Assembly: GCA_024346625.1 (NCBI GenBank)
Contig: AP024665.1
Coordinates: 1,860,001 to 1,924,000 of the forward strand
DNA: 64,000 nucleotides
Reading direction: 5' to 3'
From: Williopsis jadinii
Lineage: Eukaryota
The notes beneath the pieces are model-generated. The model saw only the letters and a list, made by a program, of their open reading frames with translations. It was not told where the DNA came from and made no database searches. Below, piece by piece: positions 44,986 to 55,311 of the stretch; positions within the stretch are counted from its first letter, which is position 1; each line of letters opens with the position of its first letter. The position numbers were made by a program, and so were the translations under genes.

Positions 44986-46293
44986 TCACCGTTTCACCCT
45001 CTTCTTAGCAGATTCGTCCGATTCCCTTGGTAAATTGATAAAATCCTGGTTGAAAAAGTTATCAGGGTTCACCGTGCCATTGGAATTTTGTAGTCTATTC
45101 TTCATTTCCTTGGACATCTTTGCCTTGTTGTTGACATTTTGAGGAATACGAGATAGAGAGCTGAGCATTCCCAGCCCAACCTCTTCGCCAAAGGCATCGG
45201 TGACGGTCTTTTCCCTTTGACCAAAGACAACTCGGTCCTGTGCTTTCCTCAAGTCGGATTGTTCAAACTTTTGTTTCAACTTTCTGTAACGTTTCCCTCC
45301 TCTTTTCTTTGCCTTTCTATCAACCGGCACTGGTAATGCTTTTGTCGCAACGATCTCTGGAGGCTCCTCCAACTTGGCAATCTTCTCGAGGATCTCCTGT
45401 TTCCATTTACGCCCCTGTGATCCATCTGGTATACTTTCCGAGAGATCTATCCTTGCAGCGAGGACGAGCTTGCCCGATGTGATTCTCATCGCCTGCTTCA
45501 TCAAAGCAGGTGGTACTGATTGTATCAGATCACTGTGGTAGAGGAAGCCCTGCTGTTGAACCCCGTGCTGGCTGAGAGACTTAGAGATGGTTCTCTTGTT
45601 ACCCAGCCCAGCCACGTTACACGCAGGTGTCTTTGCAAGGTCGTTTATCCCACCAACCAGACCCATAAATTGGGCAGCTGTCCGTGCCCCCACAATGGCA
45701 GTCACATTGGGCAGAAACACAACCAATCTCGACGAAACGTACTGTTGGATCTTCACCTTCAAATCTTCAAGTTTCAACAGTAATTGACACCTTTGAACAA
45801 CAGTCTCTAATTCATCCTGTGTCAAGGGAATAGAAGACTCCCTTGCCTGTAGAGCAGACATCGTCAGCACCAAAATCCTCTCTTTCCCCAGGAATGACAG
45901 CTCTTCAGCGTCAATATCAAGCGAGTTCCCCAATGTCATCACAACTTTGGCATAGTCCAAAGGTTGTGGAATTAGATATTGCAACTCTGGGAACCTCTTT
46001 GCATACTGATTCTTCACGAGAGTATGGAGCTCCTGCTGTTCAGCAGAGACATCCACAGATATCTCATTCGCACTGATCAGGAAATCGTGCTCTTTACTCC
46101 TATCGATCCTCTGAGACGAGAACTGCTCAATCTGTTGTAGTATAGGCTCAATCTTCGCTTCAATAGTAGATGAGAATTGCACATCTGCTGGTGGGCTCTC
46201 GAGCTCCACGTCCTCTTCCTCAACCTGCTTGACCTGCTCAACTTGCTCATCACCATCACTGTCCAAGTCTGAGAGTAAATCGTCAATTGCCAT
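44986..46293 (-). CDS. PRP31: U4/U6.U5 tri-snRNP splicing factor Prp31 (Nop domain)
   Basis: RFPELQYLIP, PNVTAIVG, LAKTPACNV, KLVLAARID, KALPVP, KKRGGKRYRKLK. Confidence 0.95.
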   Translation of the reverse strand: MAIDDLLSDLDSDGDEQVEQVKQVEEEDVELESPPADVQFSSTIEAKIEPILQQIEQFSSQRIDRSKEHDFLISANEISVDVSAEQQELHTLVKNQYAKRFPELQYLIPQPLDYAKVVMTLGNSLDIDAEELSFLGKERILVLTMSALQARESSIPLTQDELETVVQRCQLLLKLEDLKVKIQQYVSSRLVVFLPNVTAIVGARTAAQFMGLVGGINDLAKTPACNVAGLGNKRTISKSLSQHGVQQQGFLYHSDLIQSVPPALMKQAMRITSGKLVLAARIDLSESIPDGSQGRKWKQEILEKIAKLEEPPEIVATKALPVPVDRKAKKRGGKRYRKLKQKFEQSDLRKAQDRVVFGQREKTVTDAFGEEVGLGMLSSLSRIPQNVNNKAKMSKEMKNRLQNSNGTVNPDNFFNQDFINLPRESDESAKKRVKR

Positions 46294-46485
46294 TGTATAA
46301 TTGCACTCTTCTTCCTCAACCTCTTCGTATAATGTCCGCTACTTGGATGTGATGAAGTATGCTCATCCCGTCAACGCTTTGTAGCCTCCTACGGCACGCG
46401 AAGATTCAAGCCGCTAGGCAGGGCGTGCTCAGAATTACGCTGGATGCGAACGCCATTTGGCCGTGCCGTGCTGAGAGTTACGCCA

Positions 46486-46521
46486 CTGAAAAATTTCACT
46501 GATGAGCTGAAAAATTTCACT
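46486..46521. promoter_or_regulatory. RRPE-PAC-RRPE element (perfect 15-bp direct repeat around GATGAG) in the PRP31/VAS1 divergent promoter
   Basis: CTGAAAAATTTCACT GATGAG CTGAAAAATTTCACT. Confidence 0.8.
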
Positions 46522-46563
46522 CAAAAAAGAGTCACCAGATTCGACGGCTTTGACCAGCGCTGT

Positions 46564-49500
46564 ATGTTCATCAGAAGGCTTCCACTGGTTATCAATAGAG
46601 GCAAGCAACTACACAGACTGTACACTATGAGTACAAATCCAGAGCAGCAACAAGCGGCGCCAGCTGCCGGTGCTGAGCCAAAGGTGAAGACCGAGAAGGA
46701 GCTCGAGAGGGAGAGAAAGAAAGCTGAGAAGCTTGCAAAGTTCCAAGCTAAGGAGGCTAAGAAGGCGGAGGCAGCTAAGAAGAAAGCCGAGTCCACGAAG
46801 CCAAAGAAGGAGAAGAAGGTTGCTGAGCCTGTGCCGGAGTTTGTCGACACCACCGTGAAAGGTGAGAAGAAGGTGCTTGTGTCATTGGAAGACCCGGCGT
46901 TGAAGGCATACGACCCACGTAACGTTGAGAGCTCGTGGTATGAATGGTGGGTCAAGCAAGGGTTCTTCGAGCCAGAGTTTGCTGCTGATGGCTCTGCCAA
47001 ACCAGAAGGTACCTTCTGTATCCCAGCACCTCCACCAAACGTCACAGGTGCCCTGCACATTGGCCATGCCCTCACAGTGTCCATCCAGGACTCCTTGATT
47101 AGATTCAACAGAATGAGAGGCAAGACCGTGCTCTTCCTTCCAGGATTTGACCACGCAGGTATTGCCACCCAGTCTGTTGTTGAGAAGCAGCTGGCCAAGG
47201 AGAACATCTCCAGACACGACTTGGGTCGTGAGGCCTTTGTTGAGAAGGTTTGGGAATGGAAGGATGTGTACCATGACAAGATTAAAACACAGTTCAAGAG
47301 CCTTGGTGCCTCTTATGACTGGAAGTTCGAGAAGTTCACCTTGGATGATGACTTGTCCAAGGCTGTGACCGAGGCCTTTGTCAGATTGCACAGAGAAGGT
47401 ACCATCTACAGGGCTTCCCGTTTGGTTAACTGGTCTGTGAAGCTCAACACAGCCATCTCCAACTTGGAAGTTGACAACAAGGATGTCAAAGGTAGAACCT
47501 TGCTCTCTGTTCCAGGCTACGACGAGAAAGTTGAATTTGGTGTGCTGACTTCCTTTGCCTATCCAATTGAGAACTCCGATGAGAAGATCATCGTGGCCAC
47601 TACTCGTCCAGAGACCTTGTTTGGTGATACTGGTATCGCAGTTCATCCTGATGATGCTCGTTACAAGCACTTGCACGGTAAGTTTGCTCTCCATCCATTC
47701 CTCGACAGAAAGGTGCCAATTATCACCGATGCTGAAGCTGTCGACATGGAGTTTGGTACTGGTGCCGTTAAGATCACACCAGGTCACGACAACAATGATT
47801 ACAACACCGGTAAGCGTGCCGGTCTCGAAGTGATCAACATCTTCACTGATGACGGTCTGCTCAACGAGAACTGTGGTGAGTGGGCTGGTATGAAGAGATT
47901 CGATGCAAGAAAGAGAGTCATCGAGGCCTTGAAGGAGAAGGACCTCTTCATCGAACAGAAGGAGAATGAGATGACCATCCCAATCTGCTCCAGATCTGGT
48001 GATATCATTGAACCATACCTCAAGCCACAGTGGTGGGTTGCCCAAGGTGACATGGCCAAGGATGCCATTGCTGCTGTCAAGAACGGTGAAATCAAGATCA
48101 CTCCAAAGTCCTCTGAGGCTGAATACTTCCACTGGCTGGAGAACATCCAAGATTGGTGTATCTCTCGTCAACTGTGGTGGGGTCACAGATGTCCAGTGTA
48201 CTTTGTCAACATTGAAGGCGAAGAGCATGACGATCTTGATGGCAACTACTGGGTCTCTGGCCGCACGTTAGAGGAGGCTGAGGAGCAGGCCAAGGAGAAG
48301 TTCCCAGACAAGAAGTTCACATTGCACCAGGATGAGGATGTCTTGGACACCTGGTTCTCGTCTGGTTTATGGCCAATCTCCACGCTTGGATGGCCTGAGA
48401 AGACCAAGGCCCTCGAACAGTTCCATCCATGGTCCATGTTGGAGACCGGCTGGGATATCTTGTTCTTCTGGGTCTCCAGAATGATCCTGATGGGCATCAA
48501 GATGACCGGCACTGTTCCATTCAAGGAGGTGTTCTGCCACTCCTTGGTTCGTGATGCTCAAGGCCGTAAGATGTCCAAGTCGCTCGGTAACGTTGTCGAT
48601 CCAACTGATGTGATTAACGGTATCTCGCTAGAGACTTTACACTCCAAGTTGCTTGGAGGTAACTTGGCTGCTGCTGAGATCGAGAGAGCCAAGGCTGGAC
48701 AGAAGGAATCTTATCCTAATGGTATCCCACAGTGTGGTACCGATGCTTTGAGATTCGCCCTCTGTGCTTACACCACTGGTGGTCGTGATATTAACTTGGA
48801 TATTCTTCGTGTTGAAGGTTACAGAAAGTTCTGTAACAAGATCTACCAAGCCACCAAGTTTGCTCTCATGCGTCTTGGTGATAATTATCAGCCACCAGCC
48901 TCTGAAGGTCTTTCTGGCAACGAAACGTTGGTTGAGAAGTGGATCTTGCACAAGTACACCGAGACTGCTAAGACCGTTACCGAGGCCATGGACAAGCGTG
49001 AGTTCTTCACTGCCACGTCTGCTATCTACGAGTACTGGTACCAAGTTTGTGATGTCTACATCGAGAACTCCAAGTCTTTGATCCTGGACGGCTCTGAGGC
49101 GGAGCGTAAGTCTGCCAGAGACACCTTGTACACCTCGATCGACGGTGCCTTGAGATTGATCCACCCGTTCATGCCATTCATCTCAGAGGAGATGTGGCAA
49201 CGTCTTCCTCGCCGTGCTACCGAGACTGCTGTGTCCATTGTCAAGGCCAAGTACCCAGTCTTCACCAAGGAGTTCTACAACGCTCAAGCGTTTGAGGACT
49301 ACGAGACCATCTTGGCCATCACCAAGGAAGCCCGTTCCCTGTTGTCTCAGTACAACATCTTGAAGAACGGTAAGGTGTACGTTGAATGTTCCAACGAGTC
49401 TCAACTTGGAATGGTTCAATCTCAGAAGGAGTCCATTGTCTCGTTGATTAAGGCCATCAACGAGGTTGAAGTTGTCAAGTCCGCTTCTGACGTTCCAACT

Positions 49501-49776
49501 GGTGTTATCCTCCAGGCTGTTACGCCGGAGATCAACGTCCACGTCTTGGTCAAAGGCTTGGTTGACATTGAAGCCGAGATCACCAAGGCCAAGAAGAAGA
49601 TTGACAAGACCCAGAAGCAAAAAGAGTCCATTGAGAAGACCATCAATTCCAAGGGTTACTTGAGCAAGGCCTCCCAGGAGACCATTGATCAAGATAAGAC
49701 CAGATTGGAGACTGCTATTGCTGAAATTGAAGGTTTCGAGGCCACCATTGCGAATTTGGAACGCTTGAAGTTGTAA
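46564..49776 (+). CDS. VAS1: Valyl-tRNA synthetase; probable mitochondrial (ATG 46564) and cytosolic (ATG 46627) isoforms
   Basis: PPPNVTGALHIGH, DWCISRQLWWGH, KMSKS; the 21 aa between the two ATGs are Arg-rich and lack acidic residues. Confidence 0.97.
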   Translation: MFIRRLPLVINRGKQLHRLYTMSTNPEQQQAAPAAGAEPKVKTEKELERERKKAEKLAKFQAKEAKKAEAAKKKAESTKPKKEKKVAEPVPEFVDTTVKGEKKVLVSLEDPALKAYDPRNVESSWYEWWVKQGFFEPEFAADGSAKPEGTFCIPAPPPNVTGALHIGHALTVSIQDSLIRFNRMRGKTVLFLPGFDHAGIATQSVVEKQLAKENISRHDLGREAFVEKVWEWKDVYHDKIKTQFKSLGASYDWKFEKFTLDDDLSKAVTEAFVRLHREGTIYRASRLVNWSVKLNTAISNLEVDNKDVKGRTLLSVPGYDEKVEFGVLTSFAYPIENSDEKIIVATTRPETLFGDTGIAVHPDDARYKHLHGKFALHPFLDRKVPIITDAEAVDMEFGTGAVKITPGHDNNDYNTGKRAGLEVINIFTDDGLLNENCGEWAGMKRFDARKRVIEALKEKDLFIEQKENEMTIPICSRSGDIIEPYLKPQWWVAQGDMAKDAIAAVKNGEIKITPKSSEAEYFHWLENIQDWCISRQLWWGHRCPVYFVNIEGEEHDDLDGNYWVSGRTLEEAEEQAKEKFPDKKFTLHQDEDVLDTWFSSGLWPISTLGWPEKTKALEQFHPWSMLETGWDILFFWVSRMILMGIKMTGTVPFKEVFCHSLVRDAQGRKMSKSLGNVVDPTDVINGISLETLHSKLLGGNLAAAEIERAKAGQKESYPNGIPQCGTDALRFALCAYTTGGRDINLDILRVEGYRKFCNKIYQATKFALMRLGDNYQPPASEGLSGNETLVEKWILHKYTETAKTVTEAMDKREFFTATSAIYEYWYQVCDVYIENSKSLILDGSEAERKSARDTLYTSIDGALRLIHPFMPFISEEMWQRLPRRATETAVSIVKAKYPVFTKEFYNAQAFEDYETILAITKEARSLLSQYNILKNGKVYVECSNESQLGMVQSQKESIVSLIKAINEVEVVKSASDVPTGVILQAVTPEINVHVLVKGLVDIEAEITKAKKKIDKTQKQKESIEKTINSKGYLSKASQETIDQDKTRLETAIAEIEGFEATIANLERLKL

Positions 49777-49853
49777 GGCCGTTCCTGGGGTTCTCCTACT
49801 TATATACATACAGAATTTGATGGTACGTTAGATACAAACTTGATTAAAAGTGG

Positions 49854-50516
49854 CTATTGTAGCTTCCACACGAAGTCCTTCGAGATCTTTGCCTCAATCG
49901 TGGATCTGAAGTGTCTGTGATGGGCTTCCACGGATTCAGTGGCTCTGGCCAACACACTGTAGAGCTGTGTCTCTGAAAATGAGCCAATGCTATCGCTAAA
50001 CAGCAGCGAGTCTACCTTAGCATCCCTTATCGAATAGCAGACAACATGCGAGCTCTTTGACTGTCTCAGGTCAAGCGGAGTAGGATTGGCGATCACTTCA
50101 CCGTCCTGAGCAATGGCAAAGGACTCAGCAGCGAAGGAGCACTGGAGAGCAACTCCTGCGTCTATCAGGGCCAAATAGGAGCCGTTGATGATGGACGCAG
50201 CCTCTTTACACGTGTATCGTTCATCTTCACCACTTTCCAGCACCTGAGCGACGATCTGAATCAGCTGTCTTGGATACGACGTCGTCAGGATCGTCTGTGA
50301 CAGCACAGAGCGTAGCTTGTTCTCCAGTAGCTTCTCCCTGGTGTCAGCTACACCAACATCAGCACGCACAATCACCTCCAATGCTGCTGCTGCCGGTAAC
50401 TCTTGTCTCGCCTTGGGCTCAATAGGCCCAGAAACAGATACTATGGCTCTCGTTTCACCGTGCACCAGGTCTGCTGAGCCATCAACTCTCGTGAGAACGG
50501 TGGTTTGTGATTCCAT
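49854..50516 (-). CDS. RRP46: Exosome core subunit Rrp46 (RNase PH family)
   Basis: RVDGSA, VSVSGPIEPKARQELP, YPRQLIQI, YLALIDAG; syntenic between VAS1 and TPC1. Confidence 0.94.
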   Translation of the reverse strand: MESQTTVLTRVDGSADLVHGETRAIVSVSGPIEPKARQELPAAAALEVIVRADVGVADTREKLLENKLRSVLSQTILTTSYPRQLIQIVAQVLESGEDERYTCKEAASIINGSYLALIDAGVALQCSFAAESFAIAQDGEVIANPTPLDLRQSKSSHVVCYSIRDAKVDSLLFSDSIGSFSETQLYSVLARATESVEAHHRHFRSTIEAKISKDFVWKLQ

Positions 50517-50562
50517 GCTTGCTTAATTAGTACCCAGCTGCTGAGTGAAAGCCGGAGAGGAA

Positions 50563-50616
50563 GCTCATCGCTGAAGATTTTTTTTCTGCCTACTACTGCC
50601 TCATCGAGATTTTTCA
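50563..50616. promoter_or_regulatory. PAC/RRPE-like elements in the RRP46/TPC1 divergent promoter
   Basis: GCTCATCGC, CCTCATCG and AGATTTTTCA within about 100 bp of the RRP46 ATG. Confidence 0.7.
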
Positions 50617-50687
50617 CTTAAGCGTTGTTGAGCCCGGTGTGTGTATTGTTATAGCAACTCATAGCCATTGAGAGAGAGAGAGAGACG

Positions 50688-51604
50688 ATGAAGGATCACT
50701 TAAGCCAGGGAGAGGAAGTGCCAGCGTGGAAGTCGATGATTGCCGGGTCGTCATCAGGATTGATAGCGAGGTAAGTGTGCTCTACTATTATGTCTCGTGC
50801 AGTATAGGCTAACCGGCTAATGCTAGAACATTCACTGCACCGTTAGACGTTGTGAAGATTCGACTACAACTTCAGGTGGACGGCAGCAAGTATAAGGGGA
50901 TAGTCAAGGCCATGAGGACCATTGTGAGCGAGGAGTCTGTGTTTGCCCTGTGGAAGGGAAACGTTCCAGCCAGTGTGATGTACGTTATATACGGAGCATC
51001 GCAGTTCACGGCGTACACAGCTCTTAACACGTGGATGTCCCACGCAGAGCGTGACTATGGGATCCAATTGGGACCAGGATTACACACTTTCCTTGTTGGC
51101 AGTGTTTCAGGCAGCGTGAGCACCGTTGTTTCGTACCCGTTTGATCTGCTGAGAACGAGGTTTGCCAATAGCCCGAACTTCCACAGCTTATATGACGTTG
51201 TGACGAAGATCTACGCCAATGAGGGCCCAAGGGCGTTCTTCAAAGGCTGTAACACTGCGATGGCATCCATCTCGCTGTACACGGGTCTGCTGTTCTGGTC
51301 ATATGAGTACTCAAGAACGTTGGCACGCGCATTAGATGGGTATTCTTCATGGGCAGAGCCGGTATGCGGGTTCTCCGCAGGTGTGTTTGCCAAAGGTGTT
51401 GTATTCCCACTTGACCTTATACGGAAGAGATTGCAGGTCAGCAAGAAGCTGAGGCATAGCTTCACAGAGGTTCTCGTGCAAGTTGCAAAGAGAGAAGGGC
51501 TCAGAGGGTTTTACAAGGGATTCTTTGTATCGATGGTCAAGAGCGCACCAACGTCTGCGCTTTCGATATGGAGTTACGAATACGTGATGAGACTTATGGA
51601 GTGA
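50688..51604 (+). CDS. TPC1: Mitochondrial thiamine pyrophosphate carrier (intron 50771-50826)
   Basis: Exon 1 MKDHLSQGEEVPAWKSMIAGSSSGLIA(R); intron GTAAGT...GGCTAAC...CTAG; exon 2 TFTAPLDVVKIRLQL; three PxDxxK/R carrier motifs; syntenic with RRP46. Confidence 0.92.
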
Positions 51605-52292
51605 GGACTGCGACTGTGTCGCTGGGGGTGAACTGGACACTGTGAACGACTTGGCATGGCATACACAGCGACTGTATACATATAGAGTACATACATAGAG
51701 GTTATTACAATGACAGGAGGGTATCTGCATTCACGGGCTCAACATCTATACATGGTGGAGTTAGCGCATGAATAGAGACAGCGACACCGAGGCACACGGC
51801 AAATGAGACACACGTGAGCATGTAGCATATGGCAATGTTCACTCCAGTGCGAAGCCAATTGGATCACGCTGTCAGAACTGATACTACCACTCAGTATCGG
51901 TATGGACATATTTACTAGCCCACCACACCTAAACACAGATGAGCTAACCTTCCGCTCAAGAAAAACCTCTCGGTGGCCAAGTTGGTTTAAGGCGTCAGAC
52001 TGTAATGTTACAAAGTCATCTGAACATCGGGCGTTCGAATCGCCCCCGAGAGATTTTTTTTTGCTGCCACGATGGCTTGAGGGCCTATACATAGATGAAG
52101 AATAGTACCGATGTAGGGCGTACAACACGGCCAATTGACTGTAATTACTATACACGGATCTCGCCAAAGCGTCAGTGTTCCGCTGAGACAGTCAAGAGCC
52201 CGCTGGAGCGCCCCCTTAAGAGCCCTGCTCCCCCAGAGATCCAACATATACACAATCCAACATACACACCACCAACCTAACATTCCAACACA

Positions 52293-52823
52293 CTAAGCAG
52301 ACGGCAGAACTTCACCGTGGATCCCAGAGCTGTGTACATCGTGGTGATGGCGGTGCTTGATGCGTCTCAACAGGCTGCTCGAGCCAGTGGTCTTAACCGT
52401 GGCACTATCTATGCTTGCCAGCTCACGTGACGAGCCGTGATGGCTACTCCTGCTTTGACGTGTACCCATACTTGAGCCATCGAACAAAGACTCGTCATAG
52501 GGTGGTCCACTGAAGGTCCGTGTCGACACCGACTCAGTGGTCCTTATGGTCTCACGCCTTAGCAGCGGTGTAGAGGCAGCGGTGGTACGCTGCGTGTCAA
52601 ACAGATTGTGCAGTTGTGAAGAAGACTCTGCAATCTCGAGAGACTCCAAGTCCACACCGTCCTCTCTAGGTATTGGTTTCCTGTATACGAACACACCGTT
52701 ATCACCACGGCCCAGAGCCTCCTCCTGCGCGTAAAAGTCCTGACGGTCTCGTAAGACCGAGAACCTCCATGTTGCTCCCGTCGGTGGGACATTATTCAGC
52801 TCCTCGTCAATGTGCATCTCCAA
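52293..52823 (-). CDS. Hypothetical protein, 176 aa
   Basis: ATG-initiated ORF with coding-like composition filling the gap between genes; no recognised domain. Confidence 0.55.
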   Translation of the reverse strand: MEMHIDEELNNVPPTGATWRFSVLRDRQDFYAQEEALGRGDNGVFVYRKPIPREDGVDLESLEIAESSSQLHNLFDTQRTTAASTPLLRRETIRTTESVSTRTFSGPPYDESLFDGSSMGTRQSRSSHHGSSRELASIDSATVKTTGSSSLLRRIKHRHHHDVHSSGIHGEVLPSA

Positions 52824-53115
52824 TGACGCCTATTCGATACAAAGCAACCTCAAACCACTGACTCGTCGGTGTTTCACATGATCTCCCCTCCTTATAACAC
52901 CATTTTTCTACAGCTCGTTCCAAATCCTCTCGCCAGCACGAGCACTAAACACCATGCGTGGAATCGTACGTTCCAGGTCCCCCACCAGCGAGTGATGCAT
53001 GCCTGTACAGGCCCCCTGGTTTTAGCGCTCCTGGGAAGAGCACCTTGGCCTAATTGAAGGATTCTACACGTCTACTGCGAGTTCAAAGAGTACATTTCCG
53101 CTTATGTTACCTTAG

Positions 53116-53508
53116 TCAGTGTACACTTTTCTCCAACAGTTGGAGCTTCAGCTGCTTCTTCTCTCCCAGCCACAGGGCGTTCTGCGTGTGGTCTTCCAAA
53201 TCTCCCCTACCGGATCTCGGGTGTATCAGCACGCTCAGAGGGCCATGGTTCATCTGGTAGAAGTTCAGCAGCTTGAGGAAGGTGGCCGGGTCCCTCGTGT
53301 CTGACTCGAACATGCCGTAGCCGTCTGGGTGAGGCCCCATTTGGTGAGGATGAGTCTTGAAGAGGCGACACTTTGTCGCTGCGAGCTCATCTGCGAACTC
53401 CTTCTGTATGGCTTCCTTGAAGGCATTGGCGAATGCGATCTGCTCAGCGTCGTCGTCTTTGAAGTAGGTGTGGAGGTCGAAGGAGACAATGCCGTTGTGG
53501 AAAGACAT
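53116..53508 (-). CDS. DOPA 4,5-dioxygenase family protein (fungal DodA type)
   Basis: FDLHTYF, GPHP..GMFE, NHGPLSVLIHP, DHTQNALWLG. Confidence 0.88.
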   Translation of the reverse strand: MSFHNGIVSFDLHTYFKDDDAEQIAFANAFKEAIQKEFADELAATKCRLFKTHPHQMGPHPDGYGMFESDTRDPATFLKLLNFYQMNHGPLSVLIHPRSGRGDLEDHTQNALWLGEKKQLKLQLLEKSVH

Positions 53509-53779
53509 CTTGCGCTGGTGTATGAGTCTGCTTCACTGGCTGCTTCATCACACAGCTGAGGTCGTACGGGGATCTCGAGACGTATTTATAACATATGCCC
53601 GCTCGAGTGCTTGCGCTGCTGTGGACGGGACACATGATTACTAACAATCTGAATAATCATCGTCATCAGCGTGCATCAATACACACTGCGACATTTGTAA
53701 GCGTGCTACGCAACCGTCAATTGATACATGGAGCTATATTAGAGACTATATACAGACATGGTGAGGGCATACGGACTGA

Positions 53780-54931
53780 TCATTGGGCACCAATTCTATG
53801 GCACTCTTTCAGGAAATGACGGATCTTCTCAGGGTCCATGAAAGGATGCGTGCCGTGGCCAAAGTTGATGATGTAGTGCTCCTTACCACCACCAAAGCCC
53901 TTAATCATGGCTTCGACTTTCTTCGTGATGGTCTCCTCGGACCCATACATCACACCTGGGTCCAGGTTACCCTGTAGTGTAACTCTTCCGTTGGAGAGCT
54001 CCACTGCAGCAGCAGGGTCATAGGACCAGTCCAGGGAGACGCATTGGTAGCCGGACTCACAGAGGTCCTCCAATGCGTACCAGGAGCCCTTTGCAAACAC
54101 CGTCATTGGGATATCTTCCTTCACGCCGAGCTCTTTCAAACGTGGTGGCAGCTTAGAGGAGATTTGTCTGAGATATGGCAGGGAAAATTCCTTGAAATCA
54201 TCAGGGCCCAGTTCGCCACCCCATGATTCAAAGACCTGAAGCATCTGTGCACCTGCAACAACTTGCTGAGCTAGAAATTCCACTGCAACGTCTGTGATTC
54301 TTTGTAGAAGCTCGTGACTCTCCTTTGGGTACTTGAACAACCACTCCTTGGCGAATCTGAACATTTTCGAGCCACCGCCTTCAATCATGTACACCATCAA
54401 GGTCCATGGAGCACCGCAGAAGCCCAGAAGTGGCACTCTGCCTTCCAATTTCTTTCTGGTCAACGTGATGGACTTGAATGCCCAGTCTAGTTCCTTCAGA
54501 ACATCGACATCCTTGCTCAGCTTCTCCAAGTCCTCTGGCACCCTCAGTGGGTCTGTGAAACGAGGGCCAACCTTGTCAATCATTTGGACGTCCATGCCCA
54601 TGGCCTGCGGAATCACGAGGATGTCACTGAAAATGATTGCGGCATCGATCAGCCCATCAAAGTGATCTATTGGCTGAATGGTGATTTCAGAAGCAATCTC
54701 AGCGTCTCTACACGTTTCGAAGAAGTCACGGCCACCTTTGACCTCATGGTACTCAGGCAGATAACGCCCGGCTTGTCTCATGATCCACATGGGAGGTCTT
54801 TCAACCTTTTCACCTGTGCTTCAGCAGTTAGTCCTCTGCAGTTTCAGCAGTAGCACACAAAATTAGGAATGTTACGAACCTCTAGCAGCTCTAAGTATCA
54901 AATCATTCTTCAATGGAGGGAACTCGGTCAT
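53780..54931 (-). CDS. HEM12: Uroporphyrinogen decarboxylase (intron 54814-54879)
   Basis: Exon 1 [18 protein letters not shown]; intron GTTCGT...GACTAAC...CAG; exon 2 [39 protein letters not shown]. Confidence 0.96.
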
Positions 54932-55311
54932 TGTTACTGTGTGTGAGGGTTCTCTCCAGCGTTGGTTTGGTTTAATTTGGATCAAATTGGTTCAATTTGG
55001 TTCTCGAGAATGAAGCGGAGGCGGAAGATTTTTTTGATGGGCGACAGCACCGGAGTTTTTAACCCAAAGGGGATAATTACGATTATATAATTATATGATA
55101 TGATAATCATAACAAGAACCATACTCACGTCATCTACAGCTATCAAGCGCCAAATGGAGACCAACGAAGTGTTTGATATAATAACAAGACAAAAGATAAT
55201 AATACTATGTAAATGTTGATGAAGTGAACCCCCCTTGTGCGTGGATATGGTATAAGCTGTTATCAATGCCGTTGGTATTGGTGATGGTGTCGGAGTTCCA
55301 GATAGATCGAA

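Noticed and set aside
46444..46563. ORF-track start of VAS1 at 46444
   Set aside because: It lies upstream of the RRPE/PAC promoter elements, so it is unlikely to be in the mRNA.
46882..48228. 448-aa antisense ORF within VAS1 (also 10913-11584, 46521-47297, 49183-49809)
   Set aside because: Antisense shadows caused by biased codon usage of the sense genes; no recognisable domains.
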